Assembly (NCBI GenBank): GCA_964619725.1
Contig: CAZUFC010000028.1
Coordinates: 1-64,000, forward strand
Direction of reading: 5' to 3'
Origin: an uncultured bacterium
Lineage (GTDB): Bacteria; CSSED10-310; CAZUFC01
DNA length: 64,000 nucleotides
The notes beneath the pieces are model-generated. The model was not told where the DNA came from. It ran no database searches and saw only the letters and a list, made by a program, of their open reading frames with translations. Made by a program: the position numbers and the translations under genes. Below, piece after piece: positions 29,077-37,900 of the stretch (position 1 is the first letter of the stretch; every line of letters begins with the position of its first letter).

Positions 29077-30459
29077 TTAGCCCTTTAACCTTTTTTTCAG
29101 GTAATTCATGAAAAATCGAGCTTGTTTCAACAGGAATCTCCAATTCGCATCCCTTATCCGGGAAAACAGATAATTCGGCCTTAAATAGTAATAGAAAAAA
29201 GCCTTTTTAACAACTTTCTCCAGGGATTTGAGCGACATTTGTCCGGTATAGGCCAGAGGAAAGAGATTATCGTCAATGTGTTCTTTGACCAAATAATAAA
29301 ATTCCGTTCCGGGATAGGGCAAGGCGATATGAAAGGAGGCGTAAGTAGGATTCAGCGTTTTAGCGAGCCGTATAGTTTTTTTCATATCCTCGAGCGTTTC
29401 ATCCGGCAAACCGAACATGAAAAAGCATACGGTCTGTATACCGGCTTTTTTAGTCATCCTGACGCCTTCTCTGATTTGTGAAATAGTAATATTTTTTTTC
29501 AGCTTGCCGGCAATAGTCTTCGAGCCCGTTTCGACGCCAAAATGAATAATGCGGCATCCCGCGCGTTTCATGATTTTCAGCATATGCATATCGATTGAAT
29601 CGGCACGAGTCTGGCAGCACCAGTCCAGTTTTTTATCAGAATCAATGATGTGGTTGCAGATGCTGTAGACCATTTTTTTATTCAAAGTGAATTCGAGATC
29701 GATGAAGTATGCGGAACGGACATTTAATTCGTCCAGGGCGAAATCTATTTCATCAATGACCTGTTGAGTATTTTTTACTCTGTAACCCGGACCGTACATA
29801 TTCTTGACGCAGAAGATGCATGAAAAAGGGCAACCACGTGATGTTTCAAAAAGTATAAAGCGTTCTCCAAGCACTTCATAAAAATAATCTGAATAGTCCA
29901 GCAATTCAAAAGCGGGACGAGGCAAATCCTTGAGAGGACCTGGTTTTCTATCGGGATTTGAAATTATTTTTTCATCCCGCATAAAAGTAATGCCGTCAAT
30001 CAATTGATAATCTTTTTGTTCAGCCAATTCGCCGACTGTCCATTCTGGTTCGCCTCTTATGACGGCTTTCGCTTCGGTCAGCTCGAGAATTTCGTGGGGC
30101 CGCACAGTGCCGTGTGTGCCCATGACGAAGATGTTGGTGTTAAGTTTTCTGACGGCTTCAACGGATTTCAAAAAAGGCTTGATGTCGATGTTGGGACATT
30201 GCCACCGGTCCAGACTGGCCGAAGTAATAAAGACCATATCATAGCCGGAACATATTTCCGCCAGTTCATCAGGCCCGATTTTCGCTGTAACGGCGTCCAG
30301 CGCTTTAACTTCATGACCGGAATTCCTCAGCAGAGCAGCGCAATTCAGCAGCGACAAGGGCGGCCAAATGCGATTATAAGTCGACTCAAATTTGTCTATC
30401 GGATAAGTCCAACTGGGTTTAACGAGGATTATTTTCAACCGTTCGCTCCTCTGCTTCAT
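29077..30459 (-). CDS. Cobalamin-binding radical SAM protein
   Basis: WPPLSL N-terminus; RGEPE; SRGCPFSCIFC; FGVETG. Confidence 0.92.
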   Translation of the reverse strand: MKQRSERLKIILVKPSWTYPIDKFESTYNRIWPPLSLLNCAALLRNSGHEVKALDAVTAKIGPDELAEICSGYDMVFITSASLDRWQCPNIDIKPFLKSVEAVRKLNTNIFVMGTHGTVRPHEILELTEAKAVIRGEPEWTVGELAEQKDYQLIDGITFMRDEKIISNPDRKPGPLKDLPRPAFELLDYSDYFYEVLGERFILFETSRGCPFSCIFCVKNMYGPGYRVKNTQQVIDEIDFALDELNVRSAYFIDLEFTLNKKMVYSICNHIIDSDKKLDWCCQTRADSIDMHMLKIMKRAGCRIIHFGVETGSKTIAGKLKKNITISQIREGVRMTKKAGIQTVCFFMFGLPDETLEDMKKTIRLAKTLNPTYASFHIALPYPGTEFYYLVKEHIDDNLFPLAYTGQMSLKSLEKVVKKAFFYYYLRPNYLFSRIRDANWRFLLKQARFFMNYLKKRLKG

Positions 30460-32284
30460 TTTCTATATAACCTAACGATTCCAATCTTCGTCTTATTTGC
30501 CTTTCAAGCCGAATGTCATAAGACGGCATCTCTATGCCGACGTTTTTATATTTCTTTTTCATCATGTTCGTCAAATGCTCGGTTATTTCGCCGGCATAGC
30601 CGCGCAGATTATTTTTTTCTTCAGGGTCTTCGACAAGGTTGTAAAGCTCGACGTCATCCTCGTTTAAAATCAATTTCCACGGCATCTGAATGACTGCCCG
30701 ACGCTTTTCCTCAATTTTGTTTTTATCCGGCTCATGCGCCTCCAGGTAGACTCCTTCAGCGCTTTCAGCAGTCCTGGTCTCAACAAAAGATACCTCTGCG
30801 ATGTTTCTAATCAACTTTTCCTCTTGTTCTTTGTAATTGAAGTTAAGAAACAGAATCTTAAGGATGTCCTTTATCTTTGTAATGCCGGTCGGAGCATCGA
30901 CGATCCAGGGTCTGGAAAAAGAGTCGCCGGCGAACAGAATTAACGGTACGGAAAGCGAGGGTTGATACAAATACTTGCTGTGCGAGCAATAGTATTGGTG
31001 TTCGGTCAAACTTTCGCCATGATCGGAAGTTATGATCCAGATAGTGTTTTCGAATATTCCTAATTTCATAAGCGTGCAGCCGATGTTTCTGATCATACGA
31101 TCGACCAGGGCAATTTCACCGTCATATTGCGCTTCGGCGTATTCAAAGTCCGCGCTCGCCGGGTCCAGAAGTCCGTTATTCATTTTCCATACATTCATGA
31201 CAGAACATTCAAGAGCATCCGTCCGCTTTTTATCGGTAAAAAACAGTGAATAGGGTTCGGGCGGTTCATAGGGCAAATGAGGATCGTAATAATGGACCCA
31301 AAGGAAAAAGGGTTGCTTCGTTTTTTTGAGGAAACGGGTTACGAATTCATCGACCATCCAGGCTTTTCTTTCTGCGGCTTCGATAATTCTGAATCCGGCC
31401 AATACTTTCATAAAGGACAGTTTGTAAAAAAGTTGATTTCCGCGGTCCGGCGCTAAAAACTGATTGTAAAGGTCAAATCCCTTGTTCAATCCGGAAACGC
31501 CGGCAAGCAGAGGATAAGCGCTGACAAAGGCTGCGGTGTGGAATCCCAAGTCCCGGTAATCGGCAGCCAGTGTCGCAATTTCATCTTTAATGGGTACCGC
31601 GTTGAATAAGCTCCCATGATCTGTCGGCTCCATACCTGTCATTATGCCGGCGTGGCCGGGCGTGGTCGCCGGAATATCCGTGCAGCAATCCTGGAAGACG
31701 ACGCCGTTTCTGCTTAATTTCGAAATGAACGGAGCCGTCGGTCGATTATGCCCGTAAAGATCAAGATGGTCTGATCTGAGAGTATCGATGCTGATTAAGA
31801 GGATATTGGGATAATCTTTATCTTGTTCGTATTTCTTCGGGCCCTCGTGTTCGACTTCGAATGGGACTTCCGGAGTGAAAAAAGAGACTGCATCGATTGA
31901 AAAAATCAATACTGCAGTCAAAGCGCCCATTATGAAGTATGAGACCTTATGTTTCTTGCGAAAAAGGATGAATGAGAGCAGCGCCGCGGGGATGCCTATC
32001 AGCAATGAATGTAAAAATGTTGAACCGATCAGAAATAAGAATTTATCCGTCCAGGATTGATCTACATTGGTTTTCCTTATTATTTCAACAGCTTCGATTA
32101 ATCCGCGAAGACCGCCGAGTGATGTTCCGATGAGTATGCTCTTCAATCTCAACTTACGATCCCGTCGCTGTAAGAGGTTGAGGAAACCCTGCAAAGCCTT
32201 AACAGCATTGAATTCAGTCGCAAATTTCTCACCGGATCGCCGGTGAGAAACACTAAGGGTATAATGTTTCAGCGTATTTTTCAA
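30419..32284 (-). CDS. Membrane-anchored sulfatase-like (alkaline phosphatase superfamily) hydrolase/transferase
   Basis: About 3 N-terminal TMs; PNILLISIDTLRSDH, TTPGH, HYYDPH, YDGEI, SDHGE, LESLGY; true start may lie downstream of 32284. Confidence 0.85.
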   Translation of the reverse strand: MKNTLKHYTLSVSHRRSGEKFATEFNAVKALQGFLNLLQRRDRKLRLKSILIGTSLGGLRGLIEAVEIIRKTNVDQSWTDKFLFLIGSTFLHSLLIGIPAALLSFILFRKKHKVSYFIMGALTAVLIFSIDAVSFFTPEVPFEVEHEGPKKYEQDKDYPNILLISIDTLRSDHLDLYGHNRPTAPFISKLSRNGVVFQDCCTDIPATTPGHAGIMTGMEPTDHGSLFNAVPIKDEIATLAADYRDLGFHTAAFVSAYPLLAGVSGLNKGFDLYNQFLAPDRGNQLFYKLSFMKVLAGFRIIEAAERKAWMVDEFVTRFLKKTKQPFFLWVHYYDPHLPYEPPEPYSLFFTDKKRTDALECSVMNVWKMNNGLLDPASADFEYAEAQYDGEIALVDRMIRNIGCTLMKLGIFENTIWIITSDHGESLTEHQYYCSHSKYLYQPSLSVPLILFAGDSFSRPWIVDAPTGITKIKDILKILFLNFNYKEQEEKLIRNIAEVSFVETRTAESAEGVYLEAHEPDKNKIEEKRRAVIQMPWKLILNEDDVELYNLVEDPEEKNNLRGYAGEITEHLTNMMKKKYKNVGIEMPSYDIRLERQIRRRLESLGYIENEAEERTVENNPR

Positions 32285-32450
32285 TATTCTTGAAGACGGA
32301 TACTTGCAGGTATTTACTTCATAATGAAATGTCGGTCGTGGAACCGGCGGCTCTAAACGCTGATTTTACATGTAAAAAGATGCTTTTTATGCTCTTATCC
32401 GGCTCTTTCCTGAGAATATTTTTTTTTAATCGGAGTTTTACAAGCAGTCA

Positions 32451-33299
32451 CTATTTGTTTTCTTCTTCCAGAAAATTGGCGGCTTTTTTTATTTTATCGA
32501 GAGAGGACGCCATGATGACATCCAGATGGCTTTTTTTGATGCCGTATTTTTTACAAATTTCGGGATAGCCTTTATAAGAGAGTCCATCAATGGCTGAAGC
32601 ATAACCTGCCAGCATAGCGAGCGTATTGGCGATCGATACGAAATGAGTCAAGGGATGGTCCGGCGATATGTCGGGAGAATGGTGGTATCTGACGGCATGG
32701 ATCATTTCATCGGGAAAATTCCATTTTTCCAGTATTCTGGCTCCCACCTCAGCATGGTTGATCTGAAACATTTCTTCCTCAGCAGAAAGAAAATCCATGC
32801 CTTTCTCCTCTAACAGCCTGTTTATCTCCTTCACCGCATACCCCACATGGTCGCTCATAACTATTTTTCCTGCATCATGAAGCAGGACGGCAGTGAACAA
32901 ATCGGATTCCATTTCGGGAGCATACTGTTTTAAATTCGTGGAAAAAATGGCTGCAGCGATTGAGTGCTCCCATACCTGGCCTTGTTCAGTCTCATAACCT
33001 GACAATTTTTTATTGAATATGTTTTTACTCACCAGGATAAGAATCATTCGTTTAAGTTCCTCCAATCCTACATAAAGCAAGGCTTCACGGACTGAACTGA
33101 TTTTCCGGGTAAGCGGCGTCATGGGTGAATTGCATATCTTCAGAAGGTTGGCGGTGATGGTTATATCGGTCTCTATGTCCTTCAGAATATCGTCAGTAGT
33201 CACATCGGGATCGTCGATTTTTTTCAAAGCTCTATGAAGCGTGGGATGCATTCCAGGAAAATAATCGATTCCCTCGACTATTTCTTGCAATACGGTCAT
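32451..33299 (-). CDS. HDOD-domain signalling protein
   Basis: D..ITANLLKICNS, ISSVREAL, WEHS, LLHDAGK, NHAEVGA..LEKWNFP, RYHH. Confidence 0.9.
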   Translation of the reverse strand: MTVLQEIVEGIDYFPGMHPTLHRALKKIDDPDVTTDDILKDIETDITITANLLKICNSPMTPLTRKISSVREALLYVGLEELKRMILILVSKNIFNKKLSGYETEQGQVWEHSIAAAIFSTNLKQYAPEMESDLFTAVLLHDAGKIVMSDHVGYAVKEINRLLEEKGMDFLSAEEEMFQINHAEVGARILEKWNFPDEMIHAVRYHHSPDISPDHPLTHFVSIANTLAMLAGYASAIDGLSYKGYPEICKKYGIKKSHLDVIMASSLDKIKKAANFLEEENK

Positions 33300-33509
33300 A
33301 AAACCATCCTTTCATTACTTACATGTTTTTTTCTTTAGATGTTCGTTCATTTTCAGAGCCGGCGTTTGTTCGATTTACAGGAAATTTCGACCTTGTATTA
33401 TTACCGAGAGCCGGATGTGAGCGAGCTGAATAAAAAAGCTTTTTTTCGTTATAAATGACTTGACTGTGAGTTAAGCGAATGGGCTACGAATCCCATCAAC
33501 CCCAATTAC

Positions 33510-33537
33510 ATTATAGGCTAATATATTGAAATGTCAA
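33510..33537 (-). promoter_or_regulatory. Consensus sigma-70 promoter upstream of the HDOD gene
   Basis: Minus strand TTGACA-N16-TATAAT. Confidence 0.65.
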
Positions 33538-33641
33538 ATTTATGACATCATTTCGACGGTTTTGAATGAGTATTAAGTCAAGCTATATTACACGCCGAGT
33601 CTGAATGACAAGCGGCGACGGCGCTTTTTAGGAAGTTGTTA

Positions 33642-34808
33642 TTACCTGTAAGCCGGGATTCCTGTGATTGCCTCTCCGACGATCAAGCCGTGCATATGAT
33701 CGGTGCCTTCATAAGTGTAGACGGATTCGATATTCTTCATGATTCTCATGACGGGATATTCCGAAGAGACCCCATTAGCGCCGAAGAGGTCCCGAGTCAT
33801 TGCGGCGATGGAGCGCGCTGCGTCGCAGTTCATTTTTTTGGCTAAAGAGACGTGGAAATATTTAGATTTTCCAGCTTCTCTGAGTCTTCCGAGGTGAAGC
33901 GCCAGGGAGAGCCCTGCAGTGATTTTAGCAGCCATATCAGCCAGTTTCCATTGCACGAGCTGAAAAGAAGCGATTGGTTTATTGAATTGCGTACGATTAA
34001 GAGTATATTCTTTTGCAGCATTCATAAGCGACATGGAAGCTCCCAGGATACCCCAGGCGATGCTGTATCTGGCTTCATTAAGGCATTTAAGGGGAGATTT
34101 AAGTCCTTTGCTTTGCGGCATGATGTTGTCGAGTGGTATGAGGACATCCTGGAGGATTATTTCACCGACATGTCCGGCCTGCAGGCTTTCCCGGCGATCC
34201 ATGGCCGGTGCGGACAAACCTTCAGCGCCTTTTTCTACGAGAAAACCGAATATTTCGCCGTCCAATTTAGCCCAGACGACAAAGAGGTCAGCTTTATCGG
34301 CGTTAGTTATCCATTGCTTAGCTCCATTAATGACAAATCCCTGTTCTGTTCTTTTAGCGACCGTTTTCATGCTGCCCGGGTCAGAGCCGTGATCCGGTTC
34401 AGTCAATCCGAAGGCCCCTGCCAGTTCACCTTCGGCTAACTTTTTCAGATATTTTTGTTTTTGTTGTTCTGAGCCGAATTGAAGGATCGGATATCCGACG
34501 AGGGCATTTTGCACTGAGGCGGAACTTCTCAGGCTGGAATCCGCTGATTCGAGCGCCAGCATCATCAGTCCGTACTGCACTTCAGAGAGGCCGGTCCCGC
34601 CGTATTTTTCCGGTATATGGGCGCCGAAGACCCCTAATTCCGCCATCATATCCCATGCTTTATCGTAAGGTTTTCTTTCCCAGGCTGCGGCATCGACATG
34701 AGGAGTAATTTCATCTGCAAAGCGCATAAAGGTTTCCAGAATGGCAGATTCATCATCCGAAAGGAAGTGTCTCAGACCGTAGAAGTCGAAAAAATTTTTC
34801 ATTTTCAT
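33642..34808 (-). CDS. Acyl-CoA dehydrogenase, glutaryl-CoA dehydrogenase-like
   Basis: FGLTEPDHGSDPGSM, NGAKQWITN, CLNEARYSIAWG, TYEGT. Confidence 0.9.
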   Translation of the reverse strand: MKMKNFFDFYGLRHFLSDDESAILETFMRFADEITPHVDAAAWERKPYDKAWDMMAELGVFGAHIPEKYGGTGLSEVQYGLMMLALESADSSLRSSASVQNALVGYPILQFGSEQQKQKYLKKLAEGELAGAFGLTEPDHGSDPGSMKTVAKRTEQGFVINGAKQWITNADKADLFVVWAKLDGEIFGFLVEKGAEGLSAPAMDRRESLQAGHVGEIILQDVLIPLDNIMPQSKGLKSPLKCLNEARYSIAWGILGASMSLMNAAKEYTLNRTQFNKPIASFQLVQWKLADMAAKITAGLSLALHLGRLREAGKSKYFHVSLAKKMNCDAARSIAAMTRDLFGANGVSSEYPVMRIMKNIESVYTYEGTDHMHGLIVGEAITGIPAYR

Positions 34809-34851
34809 TTCTCCAATAGGAAAATCAAATTTTTGTTTACAGGATGCGAAA

Positions 34852-34882
34852 GACGGCGACCGGCCGGAAACCGTTCGCCGTC
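34852..34882 (-). terminator. GC-rich hairpin downstream of the C25 protease gene (possible terminator)
   Basis: GACGGCGA...TCGCCGTC inverted repeat; only a short T run on the minus strand. Confidence 0.4.
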
Positions 34883-34967
34883 AGCGTATCTTAGCGTAAA
34901 ACCCGGAGTACAAAAAGTTTAATCGAACCGGCAATTCTTAATAATATGTCGCTGCAACGACTTGATT

Positions 34968-37900
34968 TTATTCCTCCCCTATAGTGAAATCGCTCCAGGA
35001 AAGTCCTCCGGCCAGTTCACCAGAGTCGCTAAAGACTGTAGCGGCATAGAAAGTTCCTGAAATAAGAGGAATTCCCGGCGGAACATCCAGGTCAAGCAGT
35101 GGGCCTGAATAGACGACATCCTTTGTGAGGGGGACACTGGAGAAAAAGGACATCGGTTCTTCGGTGAAGGTGGGGAAAGCCGGATCGGCAGTAAGGAAGT
35201 AAAATTCATCGAAGACTTCCATGGCCACGAAGCAGTCGACAGGCTCTGCAGCGTCATCGCCGGCAATGTCCATATCGATGTATAGCCGCCCTCCGTCCGG
35301 AACTGTATCCGGAAAGGTCCTGATATTGACCCAGGAGCCTTCCGGATCAGGTCCCAACTGCAGAACCGCTGTATTGCCGTAAAGCAGCTCATAGTATCCT
35401 CCGACCATCCATACTGCAGGCCCCCTGGGCCCCGGCGCCGTAAGGAGATTGGAATGAAGCATTCGCGGGAGTTTAGTAGGCCAGTACGGGCTCCAGGAAT
35501 CAGTCTGGAGATCATAAAGATATGCCGAAGGATCGTCGTTCATCATCATACCGCCTGCGACCAGGATTTTATTTTCAAAAAGCACATTGCTGCCTTCGGC
35601 TATTCCGACGCCGGCGGCAAAAAACAGGGCTTTCGGCAGGTCCTGAGCGGCGGAATCGTTCCACTGCGGAGTTGAATCTGAGAGGTCCAGGACGTCTACT
35701 CTGTCGTAAACGCGGATGGAATCCTGATCTATTTGCGAAATGCCTCCGATCAGAAAAATTTTTTCATCCAGGTAGGCCGTAGCGGCGAAAAAGCGAGGGG
35801 GAGAGATATCGGCATCCAATTGAGTCCAGCGTTCACCCGGTTCGGCATTCGGATCGAAAACCCACGTTTTTCCTCTCTGATAAGGCGGCGTCAGCAGGGC
35901 TTCTCCGATTATGTAAAGCTTGTTTTGAGCGGTGACCCAGGAGCCCGGAATTCCCTGGAATCCGACAGGCAGGGGATCGTCATCCCAGACCGAAATTTCA
36001 CCTGTAAGAGGATCGTACGCCTCAACGTCGTTCACTAATTGAGAATAGAAATTTATACCTCCGATGAAGAAAATTTTGGGTCCTGAAGGTGTGAACAGGC
36101 AGGCTGAAGCATGATAAAAACGATCATGCAGCAAGTCGACGCCGGCGTCTCCGCTCAATCCGGTCGAAGTTTCAATATAAACCACAGACTTGTCGGCTGA
36201 ACCTCCGGCAAAATCTTCCGGGATGCCTCCCGCCCGATAGATTCTGTTGTCATACGGACAGAATACGGCATCCGCATACATGGAATTCAGGGGAAGTTCC
36301 GGACCTATCCACCATCCCGGCGACTGATTCCAGGGCAGTCCGACATAATCCTCATCAGGAGCCAGGCCAAAATAATTCATGATGTCTGCCATCAGATCGC
36401 ATCTGTCTTTTTGAGAGGCTATGCCTTCAAAACCGAAAGCCAGATAAACGTGTTTGGCTCCGTTACGTTGAGCGTAGATAGCAGCGGTACCGGACTGGGG
36501 GCCGGAATAATCTTTATAGGTCAGACATGTTTGTGCGGGAGCTATAGGTTCTATGAGGCTGGGCCATTGCTGGTTTTTAGCGCCGCTGCCGCCGTCGATA
36601 TTGAATTCCAGTCCGACCGAGACAGGATTCCCCGGAATGCCGCATACTGTTTTTTGAGGGACGGAATCTTTGATGTATTCTGCCAGCAGAGTATTTTCGT
36701 ACCACTGCTGAGTCTCCGGCGTACCCTCATCGACCATCGCCCAACCCAGGTCCTGTTCAGTAATCAAAAGGTTCCCGCCTTTGCTGAGATAATAGTCGAT
36801 GGCGTCGCGTTCCTGTTCTTCCAGCATGGGAAACGTATGGGAATAGAACCAGACGACAGCGCCGTCCGTGTATTCGTCGAGGACAGCTTCAGGAGGCATG
36901 CCTCCACGGTACCACGACCACACATCAAAGTTGTAACCGGCATCCAGAAGCGCCTGTGTAAAAAGACCCAGATAAGCGTCATTGTCAGCGCAGGGCACGA
37001 TAAGAATGGAATCATTGGAAACGAAGGGAACGGTCGAAGCGCCGCCGGCTCCCGGGACCGTGCCTTTATTTCCCAAAGTATCAGCGACATACATATCGGC
37101 CTGATAATATGTCGGAACAGAACTTAATGTGATCTCTGCTCCGAATATATAGTCTCCTTCGTTTCCATCTCCATGTTCGCCGTCGTCGTACATCGAGAAT
37201 GTTAAAGGGGTTTCTATCTCATAACTGCGTAATGTGCATTGAACGATTTCGACTCCTGAACTGTCTTTAACCGTTGCGGTGACGAAGACGGTTTGCCCTG
37301 GTTCCGGTTCTGCAGGATTCACTTTAAAATTTTCCACGACAGGCAGAGTGTAATCCAGAACAGGAATTTGAAGCTCGTATTGCCATTCCAGTCGTGATTC
37401 TTCGTCCGTCAGGGTGATAAAACATTCGATCATGTGTTGGTGAGGCGTCATGGGCGCCAATTCGGCAAAAAATAATCTCTGCGGAATAAACGTTTCTCCT
37501 GGATGAATATCAGCCACGGTTCCATTTCCGCGAACGCCGTAATTTCTGACCCATTGGTCGTCTATTTCTATTTGAGCCGTGAATCCCGTTGCTGCGGCAC
37601 AACCTATATTATGAAACGCCGGCGCAAATTTAATCTCTTCGCCCGGAGAAGCTATGTTGTCATTATTGTCGTCTCCGGTTATCCAGATTTTTTCGGCGGT
37701 CAGATAAGGGTATTCTCCGATGAAAAGCGTTTCTGAAAAAGAAGTTTCCCCTTCGGTCCAACTGACCCGAAAATCTAATGGCAGCGAGCGGCCCGCCGGA
37801 CAATCCTCGCTCAGATCAATACATAAAAGCGGTGATATTGCTTTTCTTGTACCTCGACCCATGTCGTTCAGGACTGCTGACGCATTCAACAGAGTTATTT

